51,530 bases of DNA from Klebsiella pneumoniae (lineage in GTDB: Bacteria > Myxococcota_A > UBA796 > SXON01), in assembly GCA_945867435.1 (NCBI GenBank), contig CAMBIK010000001.1:1-51530 (forward strand), written 5' to 3'. This document shows, piece by piece, positions 9,441 to 20,200 of the stretch; position 1 is the first letter of the stretch; every line of letters begins with the position of its first letter. The position numbers and the translations under genes are program-made. The notes beneath the pieces are model-generated. The model was given only the letters and a program-made list of their open reading frames with translations. It was not told the origin of the DNA and searched no databases.

Positions 9441-10709
9441 CTAACGCGACCGCTGCCGCACGAGCAGCACCAGCTCGGCCAGCGTGTCACCATCGATGTC
9501 GCCGACCGCAAACGCAGCCCCTGTGCGGAGGAAGGAGCGTTCGGCAGCAAACGTCCACGCCGCGTCGTCGACGCGAAGCGTACCCGTGAACGCGTCCAGA
9601 CCTGTGAAGACAAAAACCGCGCCCGCCTCTACCGTGCCATCCGCCCCATTCACGCCGGGCGCACCCACAAAAAGTTCATCCAGACCATCCCCATCCACAT
9701 CGCCGCAGGCCAGGGTGGACCCCAAGCGCCCGCCGGCGTCGGCGCCCATCACGGAAACGTCGGCGCGGGCGTCGTCGATCATCCTTTCGCCCCCGGAATA
9801 CACATAAACCGCTCCGCCCCCCGCCTCGGCTGTGGGTGCCCCTACGACGATATCCGCAGGTCGAGAGTCGCTAAAGCGACAAGCTGCCACCGCCGAACCG
9901 AAGGAGCCCAGGACCCCCGAATCCCCTTCCATCGGTGCGAACAGCGTCGCCCGCGGCACCGTGGAATCGGGATCGGAGAAGTCCCACACCGTGACGGCTC
10001 CTTCCCCCAGGGTTCCGGTGACCCCCTTGGCGAAGGGGGCTCCCACGAGGAGCGCCTCCCGATCGTTCCCCAGCACATCCGCGCAGGCGAGGGAGCCCCC
10101 GAACCGCTCGCCCGCATGCGAACCGGCGATCCGCCGCCCCTTCTTCCCGGAAAGTCGACCCCACACCTGCACGGCACCTTCAAGGTCGGCTTCCCAAGGA
10201 GCGCTAGCCGCAAGGTCTACCTCGCCATCGGCGTCCAGGTCGCCACACGCCGCGACGACCGTCCCCAACCTGCCCTCGGAAACATCGCCAACGATCCACA
10301 GAGCTTCCCCGCCCGCAACCTCCACCGCGCCGACCCGCGTGGTACCGTCCCGCGCGCCCGGAACCCCGACCACAAGGTCGGACTCCCGCACCGCCAATGC
10401 CGCACCGTAGTCCTCGATGGCTGTACCCGAAGCCTCCCGTTCGCCTCCGGCCGGGTCGCTGCCATCCATCGCAAAGCGCCGCACCTCCCCCACCGCGGGT
10501 ACGCCGACAAACAGGGCCCCGCCTGTGGCCGCAAGCGCCCAGTCGTGGCCCTCTTCGGCGGTGCCTTCGACCACCACCTCCCCCTCCCGCGGGTCGTAGG
10601 TGCCGTGTTCCCGCGAATCCAGGGAGAACAGGACGAGATCCGCGGCCGGGTAGGCCGCCCCACTTCCGTCGTCGGTACATGCGATGAGCAGCACGAGCAC
10701 GGGCGCAAT
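9441..10709 (-). CDS. FG-GAP repeat lipoprotein
   Basis: Repeated 'GDVDGDGLDELFVGAP', 'GDLDADGEVDLAASAP' and 'GDIDGDTLAELV' integrin-alpha-type repeats. Lipobox 'VLLIAC'. No ATG near the signal peptide, so the start is uncertain. The part of ORF 9441..11174 that overlaps glgC is discarded. Confidence 0.7.
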   Translation of the reverse strand: MAPVLVLLIACTDDGSGAAYPAADLVLFSLDSREHGTYDPREGEVVVEGTAEEGHDWALAATGGALFVGVPAVGEVRRFAMDGSDPAGGEREASGTAIEDYGAALAVRESDLVVGVPGARDGTTRVGAVEVAGGEALWIVGDVSEGRLGTVVAACGDLDADGEVDLAASAPWEADLEGAVQVWGRLSGKKGRRIAGSHAGERFGGSLACADVLGNDREALLVGAPFAKGVTGTLGEGAVTVWDFSDPDSTVPRATLFAPMEGDSGVLGSFGSAVAACRFSDSRPADIVVGAPTAEAGGGAVYVYSGGERMIDDARADVSVMGADAGGRLGSTLACGDVDGDGLDELFVGAPGVNGADGTVEAGAVFVFTGLDAFTGTLRVDDAAWTFAAERSFLRTGAAFAVGDIDGDTLAELVLLVRQRSR

Positions 10710-10745
10710 GTAGCCGCGTGTTAGCGTAGTCTCACGAGGTTCTAC

Positions 10746-12019
10746 ATGGCGCGCGTATTCACCGTGATCCTCGGCGGCGGACGCGGTTCGCGGTTGTTCC
10801 CCCTCACGCGGCACCGCGCCAAGCCGGCCGTGCCGCTCGGGGGCAAGTATCGACTCATCGATATCACCCTTAGCAACGCTATTAACTCGGGCTTCCGCCA
10901 CATCGCAGTGCTCACCCAGTTCAACAGCGCCTCGCTGAACGCCCACATCGCACAGACCTACCGCTTCGATATTTTCGGGCAAGGCGGCGTCGATGTGCTC
11001 GCGGCCGAACAGACCGATGACACGAGCGACTGGTTTCAGGGCACAGCCGATGCAGTGCGAAAGCAATTTCGGCGTATGGAAGCGGCAAAGGTTGAACATG
11101 TGCTGGTCCTTAGCGGCGATCATCTGTACCGCATGGACTACCGCGAGATCTACGACCGCCATGTAGACAGCCAAGCCGATGCGACCGTGTCGGTGATCAA
11201 AGTTCCCCGATCTGAGGTGACCGGACTGGGCGTGCTGTACGCGGATGGAGGCGGGCAGATCCGCACGTTCCGCGAGAAGCCAAGCGCAAATGAGGATATT
11301 ACGGATGTTCTCCCCCCCCCGAACTGCGAGAAGCGTGGAAGCTGGGCGGCGAAGACTACCTCGTGAACATGGGCGTGTACCTGTTCCGACTCGACGCCCT
11401 GCGCGAGGCGCTGGCCGACCCCACGAACATGGACTTCGGGAAGGACATTCTGCCTCGCATGGTGTCCGAAAAGAAGGTGATGGCGCACCACTTCGAGGGC
11501 TATTGGCGCGACATCGGGACCATCGAGAGCTTCTTCGATTGCAATCTCGCGTTGACCGCGGAAGACCCTCCCTTTCGCTTCCACATGCCCGGCGCGCCCA
11601 TCTACACCCGGCAGCGCTTCCTTCCGGCGACCAAATTCCTCGATGCGCATGTGCGCAACAGCATCGTAAGCGATGGGTGCCTGGTGTTTGGGGCGTCGCT
11701 GGACCGCGTGGTCGTGGGCATTCGCAGTCGCATTCAGCGCGGTGCCTCGCTCAAGGAAGTGGTGATGATGGGCGCGGACTACTACGAAGACGACGCCACA
11801 CGGAGCGAAAACGCGGCGCGCGGGATCATCCCCATCGGCATCGGTCCCGGTTCGACCATCGAGCGGGCGATCATCGACAAGAACGCGCGCGTCGGGGCCA
11901 ACTGTGTCGTGCGCGGCCAGGTGGGCCGCCCCGATGCCGACGGCGAGGGGTGGAGCGTGCGGGATGGCATCGTCATCATCCCGAAAGACGCCCAGCTTGC
12001 CGACGGAACCGTAGTTTAG
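10746..12019 (+). pseudogene. glgC: Glucose-1-phosphate adenylyltransferase, split by a frameshift in a C9 run
   Basis: ORF 10746..11366 starts '[33 protein letters not shown]'. ORF 11363..12019 carries 'NMGVYLF...EGYWRDIGTIESF' and a hexapeptide-repeat C-terminus. The frames join at the C-run 11312..11320; a tenth C would give '...[28 protein letters not shown]'. Confidence 0.85.
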
Positions 12020-12393
12020 AGAACCTGAACCGAGAAGTGCCGGGCAAAGCCGGTGCTCATCTCCACATCGACCAAGTACCAGCCGCCCGCGAAGCCTTCA
12101 AGGCGACAGGTGGCGAAGGGGCCGATGGTGCCGACCTTCGTGCCGTTCACCGCCATTTCCCCCCATTGGTTCAACGGATTGGTGAACACCAACGAACGGC
12201 TGGCCGGGACATCCTTGATGGCCTCAGCCGCAGGCATCGCCGCCAACGGCTTCACTTGCGCGACGGTGATCGCGGGATCGACGTACAAACGTTCCAAGCC
12301 TGCGAACGGCGCCTTGGTGTAGGCAGGATCCGCCACGAACGTCGGCACATGGGGGTCTGCGTGGGCCAAGCCCAGCAGGAACGCAAGGAGCAT
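12016..12393 (-). CDS. Small secreted hypothetical protein
   Basis: Internal start 'MLLAFLLGLAHA' (signal peptide) within ORF 12016..12513. It begins just after the stop of the upstream gene at 12402. Confidence 0.5.
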   Translation of the reverse strand: MLLAFLLGLAHADPHVPTFVADPAYTKAPFAGLERLYVDPAITVAQVKPLAAMPAAEAIKDVPASRSLVFTNPLNQWGEMAVNGTKVGTIGPFATCRLEGFAGGWYLVDVEMSTGFARHFSVQVL

Positions 12394-12401
12394 GGAACCC
12401 C

Positions 12402-13352
12402 CTAAATCGCCGTGAGGCCGGAGAAGCTGGTGAGGGAGCGGTTTACGATGGTGGAGCCATCGTCGGTGTTCACGTTCACTTCCTTCACGAGCCCGATGCC
12501 GTTGACGTACCACAGCTCTTGCTGCCCGTTGATCACCGACGAGCCCATCACGGTAGTGAGACTCATGGTGTAGGTGTTCGTGAGCTTGTAGGCCGAGTAG
12601 GTCGTGCCCTTGATCGTGATGTCCTCAAAGCCATCGTCGGTGTAGGTGCCCTGGGTGTCGGCCGTAGAGGCGCCCATCGTGGCATCCGTCATCGTGGCGG
12701 TATCGTTGTAGTTCCAGGAACCGGCTCCGCCCACCTCGTACTCGGCCGGGAAGACCTTGCGGGGCGGGCTGATCTCGGCGTAGGGAGCCGCAGCTGCCGT
12801 GCCGGAGGTCAGGATCGACATGTCCCATTCGGTGATGAAGAGGCCCTCGTTTCCGCTGCGGTCTTCGCAGCCGAGGTAGACCTCCCCATCCCAGCCCGTG
12901 CCGCCGCCATCGGCGGAATCAATCATGACCCACACCTTGTTGCCGTTGAGATCGAAGCCCGTACCGTAGTCTTCCTGGTACCCGGTGCCCGTGCCGCCGC
13001 CGAAGTCCAGGAGGTTCAGCTCCATGTTGTAGTCCCGACGGTAGCCGCTGTAGTGAACGGCGTACCAGCTGTTTTCGCAGAGATCCACGTCGGTATCGGT
13101 GTCGGTATCCGTGTCCGTGTCCGTATCGGTGTCGGTGTCGGTGTCGGTGTCCGTGTCCGTGTCCGTGTCCGTGTCCGTGTCCGTGTCCGTGTCGGTATCC
13201 GTGTCGGTATCGGTATCGGTATCGGTATCGGTGTCCGTGTCGGTATCGGAATCCGCGGAGTCCTTCCCGCCAAAGGGGGTCTGGTTGGAGTACGAACCAT
13301 CCGTACACGCGGTCGCGGAGAGAACGATGACGAAATAGGAGAGGGTGCGCAT
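12402..13352 (-). CDS. Lipoprotein with (Asp-Thr)26 repeat linker
   Basis: Start 'MRTLSYFVIVLSATAC' (lipobox), then 'DSADS(DT)26DVDLC', then a globular domain of about 230 aa. The 27 codons upstream in the ORF are discarded. Confidence 0.7.
   Translation of the reverse strand: MRTLSYFVIVLSATACTDGSYSNQTPFGGKDSADSDTDTDTDTDTDTDTDTDTDTDTDTDTDTDTDTDTDTDTDTDTDTDTDTDTDTDVDLCENSWYAVHYSGYRRDYNMELNLLDFGGGTGTGYQEDYGTGFDLNGNKVWVMIDSADGGGTGWDGEVYLGCEDRSGNEGLFITEWDMSILTSGTAAAAPYAEISPPRKVFPAEYEVGGAGSWNYNDTATMTDATMGASTADTQGTYTDDGFEDITIKGTTYSAYKLTNTYTMSLTTVMGSSVINGQQELWYVNGIGLVKEVNVNTDDGSTIVNRSLTSFSGLTAI
13092..13247. repeat. Hexanucleotide tandem array (GTSGGT / GTCCGT / ATCGGT variants), 26 units
   Basis: Counted directly: 156 nt of 6-nt periodicity encoding Asp-Thr on the minus strand, with synonymous variation between units. 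Confidence 0.95.
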
Positions 13353-13382
13353 GTCCGGCCTCGAATCAACGCCCGTGGTAGC

Positions 13383-14594
13383 ATGAATCCCTGGCCCCCG
13401 GCAAGCGGAAAACCGTTCACACGCGTGCGTCACCTCGCGGCGCTATGGACAGGCCGGAGCGTGTTGCACAACGTAAACGTACTGTTCCGTGCCGGAAGGG
13501 TGGAGTGGGTAGGTCCCGGCGGGAGCGACATCTGCCCCGATGACTGCGATGAATTCGATGGTAGCGGGCTCATCGGCATGCCGGGCCTGTTCGATTGCCA
13601 CACCCACGCCATCTGGGCGGGCACGCGCCTCGGCGATTTTGTGAGGCGACTCGGCGGCGAAAGTTACGCCTCGCTCTTGGAGGGAGGCGGGGGCATCCAC
13701 ACCACCGTCCACGCCACCGCGGCCGCCTCCGACGCCGATCTCCACGCCCACCTCGCCGCACGGTTGGCCACGATGCTCGACCGCGGCGTGACCACCGTGG
13801 AGATCAAGAGCGGGTATGGCCTGACCATCGAGGCAGAAGCCCGCCTTTTGCGGATCGCCCGCTCCGTGGCCTCTCCCCAGCGCCGCGTCACCACCTTCCT
13901 CGGGGCGCACGCCATCCCCCCCGACCGCTCCCGCGCCGACTACGTCGACGAGGTGTGCGGCCCGATGTTGGCGGCGTGCGCACCTTTTGCCGATGCCATC
14001 GACGTGTACTGCGATCGCGGTGCCTTCACGCTCGCCGAGGCCGAACGCATCTTGCTGGCGGGAAAGTCAGCGGGTCTGGCGGTGAAGGTGCACGCCGAAC
14101 AGGTCGAATTCACGGGGGCCGCTGCGATGGCGGCCCGCCTCGGCGCGCTCTCGTGCGATCACCTGGAACGCATCGACGACGCGGGGATCGCGGCGATGGC
14201 AGCTTCTGGCAGCGTGGCGGTGCTGCTCCCGGGGGCGATGCTCTACCTGCGCGACCCCCCTCCCCCGGTGGCGAAGCTCCGGGCGGCGGGGGTACCGTTG
14301 GCGGTCGCCACGGACTTCAATCCCGGCAGCTCCCCCGTTTCCGACCTGTGGACCTGCGCAACGCTAGCGTGCCTCACGATGGGACTCACCCCTGAAGAAG
14401 CGCTGGCGGGCATCACCTCGGTCGCGGCCCGCGCCCTGGGGTGCGAGGGGGGGGTGATTGAGCCAGGCTCCCCAGCTGATCTCGCGATCTTTGCACCGCC
14501 GCCGGGGGAGATCCCCGACCCGCGGGTGCTGGTCCAGTACATGGGCGGACATGCGGCAAAGGCGGTTTGGATCGGGGGGGAACGGGTGCGGTAG
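13383..14594 (+). CDS. hutI: Imidazolonepropionase
   Basis: 'FDCHTHAIW' (HxH), 'KVHAEQ' and 'ATDFNPGSSP' in canonical order. Only the C-terminal 403 codons of ORF 12519..14594 are taken; the upstream part is antisense to the DT-repeat gene. Confidence 0.85.
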   Translation: MNPWPPASGKPFTRVRHLAALWTGRSVLHNVNVLFRAGRVEWVGPGGSDICPDDCDEFDGSGLIGMPGLFDCHTHAIWAGTRLGDFVRRLGGESYASLLEGGGGIHTTVHATAAASDADLHAHLAARLATMLDRGVTTVEIKSGYGLTIEAEARLLRIARSVASPQRRVTTFLGAHAIPPDRSRADYVDEVCGPMLAACAPFADAIDVYCDRGAFTLAEAERILLAGKSAGLAVKVHAEQVEFTGAAAMAARLGALSCDHLERIDDAGIAAMAASGSVAVLLPGAMLYLRDPPPPVAKLRAAGVPLAVATDFNPGSSPVSDLWTCATLACLTMGLTPEEALAGITSVAARALGCEGGVIEPGSPADLAIFAPPPGEIPDPRVLVQYMGGHAAKAVWIGGERVR

Positions 14595-14598
14595 GGCC

Positions 14599-16968
14599 TC
14601 ACGCCTCCGGCACAGCCGGCACCACCGGAGCTGGCGCCACAAACGGCGGCGTAAGCAGGAATTCCGGCCCAAACGCCAGGGCCAGCGCCTCTTCCGCGTT
14701 CTCCACAAAGTGGTAGCGCAGCTCGTCGCGAAGCACTTGGGGTATGTCGTGCAGGTCCCTTTCGCACAGCTTGGGCATCGCCACGTCGGTGATGCCGGCG
14801 CGTCGGGCCGCGAGCACCTTTTCCTTGATCCCGCCCACCGGCAGCACCTTTCCGCGCAACGTGATCTCTCCAGTCATCGCCAGGTTGGGACGCACCGGCC
14901 TCCCGATCAACAGCGACAAGAGCGCCGTTGCCATCGCCATGCCCGCGCTCGGGCCATCCTTCGGGATCCCTCCGGCGGGAAGGTGGAGGTGGAACTCGTT
15001 GTCGGCGAACACCTTTGGATCGATCCCAAAGCGCGCCGCCTGCTCCCGCACATAGGTCATGGCGGCTTCGCAGCTCTCCTTCATCACATTGCCGAGGCTG
15101 CCCGTGAGCTTCAACCCGCGGGGTCCCGCCACCTTGCTCGCTTCGATGAACAGGATCTCTCCGCCGGACTCGGTCCAGGCGAGGCCGACCACAATGCCAG
15201 GACGGTCGGTCCGTTCGGCCAACTCGGCGTGGTGCTTCGGCGGGCCCAACCAGCGAGTGACCTGGGGTTCATCGAGCACAAACGGAGCCTTTTCGCCCTC
15301 GACGATTCGACGAGCTGTCTTGCGGTAAATCGCGGCCAGCTCGCGTTCCAACGATCGCACGCCGGCCTCGCGGGTGTAGCTGCGGATGACATGGCGAAGC
15401 ATGTCGGTACCGAATTCCACATGTCCCGGTTCGATCCCGTGGGACTCCAGCAGGCGCTTGTGAAGGTGGCGTTCGCCGATCGCGACCTTCTCTTCCTCGA
15501 TGTACCCGTGCAATCGGATGATCTCCAGCCGGTCGTGGAGCGCGGCCGGGATCGGGTCTTCCGTGTTCGCGGTGCCGATGAAAAGCACATGACTCAGGTC
15601 GAAGGGAGCATCGAGATAGTGGTCTCTGAAGGTGCCGTTCTGTTCCGGGTCCAGCACTTCGAGGAGCGCGCTGGCGGGGTCGCCGCGGAAGTCGTTGCCG
15701 ATCTTGTCCAGCTCGTCGAGGATGATGACGGGATTGCGCGTTCCCGCTCTCCGCAGCGCCTGGATCACGCGGCCGGGCATCGCACCGACATAGGTGCGCC
15801 GATGGCCGCGAATCTCGGCCTCGTCCTTCATGCCGCCCAGCGCGATGCGTTCCACCTTGCGGCCAAGCGCCTTCCCGAGCGAGGCCCCGAGCGAGGTCTT
15901 CCCGACACCGGGCGGACCGACGAGGCACAGGATCGGTGACTTCGCATCCTTCTTCAGCTGGCGCACCGCCAGGAACTCGAGGAGCCGTTCTTTGACCTTT
16001 TCAAGGCCGTAGTGCTCGGCGTCGAGCACGGCTTTGGCTTCCGTAAGCGAGAGTTGATCCTCGGTTTCGACCTGCCAGGGCACGGCCACCATCCAGTCGA
16101 GCCAGGTGCGGGCGACCATGTATTCCGAGGCATCCACATGGATTTTTCGTAGTCGGTCCAGCTCGCGCCTCGCCTCCTTCGCCACTTCTTCCGGCATCCC
16201 GCTCGCGACGATCTTGGCCTCGTAGACCCCCACCTCGTCGTGAACGGTCTCTCCAAGCTCCTTCTGAATGGCCTTGAGCTGCTCGCGGAGGTTGTACTCG
16301 CGCTGGTTCTCATCCATCGCACGCTGCACTTCGGCGGCGATGCGGGTCTTGAGCAAGCCGTATTCCTTGGCCCGCTCCAGAAACCAGACCAGACGCTCAA
16401 GCCGCTTCACCAGGTCGGCTTCTTCCAACAGCTCCTGGCATTCCATCGGGGCAAGCCCGATTTGCGGAGCAAGATGGTCGACAATCCGCTCGGGGCCCAC
16501 GTTGAGATCCTGAACGCGGGCCAGCGCTTCCGGCGGCCTTTCGGCCGATGCGAGCGCCATCACTTCCGGGGCCAGCTCGCGGACCCGCTTTTCGGCGGCC
16601 TGGGCCGACCGGAGATCCCCGGGCCGAGTGACGAAGCGACCGGGAGTGGCGCAGGTGCCGACCTTCGCATCCTCGTGGAAGTCGGTGACCGTACACCGGT
16701 CGATGACCTCGACCATCGCACGAACTGATCCATCCGGCAGGTTCATCGTTCTTACAATGCGGACAAGTACCCCCACGCTAGCAACATCACCGGGACCTGG
16801 ATTCTCCAGACCGGCGTCGGGCTGGAGGACACAGACCAGGTCGGGACCCTTGTCCAGATGGGCGTCCATGGCGGCGACGCTCGGACCGCGGCCGATGGTG
16901 ATGCTCGTGATCGTTCCGGGGAAGAGAACGACGCTGCGGAGGGCGACTGCTGGGGATTGTCGAGGCAT
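14599..16968 (-). CDS. lon: ATP-dependent Lon protease
   Basis: LON N-domain, Walker A 'GPPGVGKTSLG', Walker B 'IILDELDK', catalytic 'PKDGPSAGMAMATAL'. 789 aa. Confidence 0.95.
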   Translation of the reverse strand: MPRQSPAVALRSVVLFPGTITSITIGRGPSVAAMDAHLDKGPDLVCVLQPDAGLENPGPGDVASVGVLVRIVRTMNLPDGSVRAMVEVIDRCTVTDFHEDAKVGTCATPGRFVTRPGDLRSAQAAEKRVRELAPEVMALASAERPPEALARVQDLNVGPERIVDHLAPQIGLAPMECQELLEEADLVKRLERLVWFLERAKEYGLLKTRIAAEVQRAMDENQREYNLREQLKAIQKELGETVHDEVGVYEAKIVASGMPEEVAKEARRELDRLRKIHVDASEYMVARTWLDWMVAVPWQVETEDQLSLTEAKAVLDAEHYGLEKVKERLLEFLAVRQLKKDAKSPILCLVGPPGVGKTSLGASLGKALGRKVERIALGGMKDEAEIRGHRRTYVGAMPGRVIQALRRAGTRNPVIILDELDKIGNDFRGDPASALLEVLDPEQNGTFRDHYLDAPFDLSHVLFIGTANTEDPIPAALHDRLEIIRLHGYIEEEKVAIGERHLHKRLLESHGIEPGHVEFGTDMLRHVIRSYTREAGVRSLERELAAIYRKTARRIVEGEKAPFVLDEPQVTRWLGPPKHHAELAERTDRPGIVVGLAWTESGGEILFIEASKVAGPRGLKLTGSLGNVMKESCEAAMTYVREQAARFGIDPKVFADNEFHLHLPAGGIPKDGPSAGMAMATALLSLLIGRPVRPNLAMTGEITLRGKVLPVGGIKEKVLAARRAGITDVAMPKLCERDLHDIPQVLRDELRYHFVENAEEALALAFGPEFLLTPPFVAPAPVVPAVPEA

Positions 16969-16983
16969 GCTAGTGGGCGCCGG

Positions 16984-17065
16984 CTAACATGAAATGGGGG
17001 AAAGGGCTCGCCGCCCTCTCCCCCTACCGCACCATTCCCTCCGGCCTCCAACCTCCGATTTCCGG
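16984..17065 (+). repeat. REP-like intergenic element, copy B
   Basis: 'CTAACATGAAATGGGGGAAAGGGCTCGCCGCCCTCTCCCCCTACCGCACCATTCCCTCCGGCCTCCAACCTCCGATTTCCGG', located between the divergent lon and kinase starts. Confidence 0.8.
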
Positions 17066-17214
17066 TCTGTGGCACTCCCTCCCTCACTGCAGTCACCCAT
17101 GGTGCCAGAAAGTTTCATGGGCCTTGGAGGGGCAGAATGCGCCATGGGTAACTACCCCCACGCTGCGCAGGCTAACGGCTGCCAAGCACTCACCACGGGC
17201 TACACTCCGCCCGC

Positions 17215-20200
17215 GTGGAGCCCACCCTCCCAGCCCCCTTCGGAGCCTACCAGCTTCTCCAGCGCATCGCGGTCGGCGGCATGGCGGAGCTGTACCTGGC
17301 GCGCAGCTTCGGAGCGGAGGGCTTCGAGAAGCGCCTCGTCATCAAAAAGATCGCCCCACAACTGGCGAACAGCTCTCGGTTCGTCCAAATGTTCGTCCAC
17401 GAGGCGAAGCTCAGCGTCGCCTTGAACCATCCGAACATCGTGCAGGTGTTCGACCTCGGCAAGGTCGGCGCCGACCCCTACATGGCGATGGAGTACATTC
17501 ACGGCCGCGATCTCACCCAAACGCTGCGGATGCTGCGGCGGGAGGGCGAACGGGTGGATGTGGGGCTCGCCGTGTACATCGCCGGGAAGATCCTCCGCGG
17601 TCTCGGCTACGCGCACGCACGCTCCACGCCCGATGGCCGGCCGCTCCACATCGTTCACCGCGATGTGAGCCCACACAACGTGATGGTCAGCTACGAAGGC
17701 GAGGTCAAACTTGTAGACTTCGGGATCGCGCGACTGATGGGGGAGTCGGCCGGCGAGACCGACCCCGCCCAGGCCGGGCGTCCCGGAGGGGGCAAGTTCG
17801 CCTACATGTCGCCCGAACAGGCCAGCGGGCGCACCGTAGACCACCGCAGCGACCTGTTCTCGCTCGGCGTGGTCCTCTATGAAATGCTTGCTGGCAAACG
17901 CCTTTTCTCCAATGACGACCCGGACGAAAAGCTGCGCCAGGTGGTCGAATGCGTGATCCCCGATGTGCGCCCCCTCCATCCGGATGTGCCGCTAAACCTG
18001 TGGATCATTCTGCAAAAAGCGTTGGCGAAGGATCCCGCTGATCGCTACCCCTTGGCCGCAGCCTTCGAGGAGGACCTGCGCTCCCTCGCCTTCGCCGAAG
18101 GATGGCAGACCGGCGCCGGCGACCTCGCCCGCCTGATGCACCGACTTTGGGCGGAGCAGATCGCCGACGGCACAGCAGCCCCGAATAACCTGGACTTGTT
18201 GGCTGAAGACCTGGATGCCATGCACACGGGCGTCGAACCGGACTCGACCGGCTCGAGTCACTCCACCAGCGAATCCGCGCTGAACGCCGAGGAACGGCCA
18301 CCGCGCCACGCGCTCGGCCTGCACGGGGAACGCAAGAACGTGGTGGTGATGGTCGTTGAGGTCAACGGGCTCACCGAGTTCTCCGCGAGGGCCGAAACCG
18401 AGGAGATCGCCCGCGTCCACTTCAAAATGTTGCGCATGGTGCGCACGCTGATCGACCGGATGGGCGGCATCGCCGAGCGCTTCGACGATGACACCCTGTT
18501 CGTATTCTTCGGTCTCCCCCGCGCCCTGGGCGATGACCTGGACCGCGCTCTGGCCTGCGCCTCCGAGTTCCACCGCCTCGCAAGCCGCCTTCGCCGCCGT
18601 GGCCTCCCCACGGAGTTCAGCATCGGCATCCACGTTGGGGAGCTCAACGTGGGGAAGCGGATCGGTCGCCATTACAGGTACACCGCGCGGGGCGATACCA
18701 TGAAGACCTGCGTGCGGCTGGCGTATGCCGCCGACCCAGGGACTACGCTGGTTTCCGACCGGGTGGCCGCGCTCGCCGGGGACCGTTTCCCGTTCGAACG
18801 CGGCCCCGAGCTACGCCGCAAGGGCACCCGCGCCACGCGGGCCAGCTTCATGCTTGGCGAAGGGCGCCGCCGCGGGGGCCGGGGCGTGCAGGGCCGATGG
18901 CTTCGCCGGGCGAACGAGCTGGAGGTCGTTCGCGACGCCCTGGCGAACGTGCGAGACGGCCGCGGCGCCAGGATCGGCGTGGTCGGCGAAGCAGGTTCAG
19001 GAAAATCAAGGTTCTTCCGCGAGCTTCGGGATCTTGCGTCCCGACGCGACATCCCCGTCTTCCACGGGCGCGCACGGCCCTTCGGCGCCGACCGCCCGCT
19101 CGCACCCTTCCGCGACCTCATCAGCGATATCCTGGGCATCGAGGCGGATACCGGTGGCGCAGAGGTGAAGGAGCGGCTCCAGCGACTCACCGAACTTCAC
19201 CTGGAGGAATCCGACATCGGGGTGATCGCCACGCTCTTCGCGATGGACATGGGCAATGGCGGATTTCCCGCCCGCAAAGCCATCGACACGGTCATGGTGA
19301 AGCTGGTTCGGGGACTCGCCCGAAACCGCCCGACGCTGGTGATGCTGGAGGATGTTCAATACCTCGACGCCTTCGAACTCCAGCTCTTCAGCCAACTGCT
19401 CGATGCGACCGAAGGCGAACCCGTGCTGCTGCTGGCTTCCTGGCGCGCAGGACTGCACCCGGATCTCGTAGGCCGAATGGACCTCGTTGCCCTCGGTGCG
19501 CTCGAAACGCAGCAGGTTGAGGCGTTGGCAGCGGACCTGCTTGGGGCGGAATCGATCGGGCCCGACCTCGCTCAGCTGGTACGACAAACGGCGGAAGGGA
19601 ACCCGCTGTACCTGGAAGAAGTGCTGAAGGCGCTGCGCCAGTCGGGACGGATCTGGTACGAAGGCACTCGGGCACGCCTGAAGGACCCGCATGTTCAGCC
19701 GAAGTTGCCGGACACGCTCGCGGGCCTCATCGCCGCGAGGGTGGATGCGTTGGACCCCCTCGCCAAGGGCGCGCTTCAGGTCGCGGCGGTGATCGGGCTC
19801 GGCTTTTCGCCGACCCTGCTCGGGGAAGCCGTGGGTGCCGACGAGCCGATGGCGCTCGTCGGCGAACTGGTGCGCGCCGGGCTGGTCGCTCCGGACGGCC
19901 GAGCCCAGGACACGGCGTACAGCTTCGCCAGCGTGCTGGTCTGGGAATGCGTGAACAACGGCATTCTAGGCGTTCAGCGGAGAGAATACAACCGCATGGT
20001 GTCGGCAGCCATGGAACGAGTTCACGGGAACCGTCTCGACACGGTTCTGGAAGCCTACGCCCAGCACTGCCAGGCGGGTGGCCGCGTGCGCGAGGCGGTT
20101 GCGAGCGTGGTGCGTGCGGGGGAAGACCACTGCCGAACCCAGTTCTTCGAGCGAGCCCTGGACTGCTTCCTCCGCGGGATCGCCTGGCTGGATGCCGGCC

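Noticed and set aside
10710-11174. N-terminal part of minus-strand ORF 9441..11174
   Set aside because: It overlaps the unmistakable glgC N-terminus on the plus strand. The lipoprotein signal peptide lies at about 10680..10709.
13092-13247. Possible CRISPR array or microsatellite locus
   Set aside because: A 6-nt period with no spacers, lying in-frame inside a CDS. It is a coding dipeptide repeat, not a CRISPR array.
12519-13382. N-terminal 288 codons of ORF 12519..14594, and the poly-(VS)/(RV) ORFs across 13016..13420
   Set aside because: They are antisense or out-of-frame readings of the DT-repeat lipoprotein gene. Recognisable HutI sequence only begins at about 13383.
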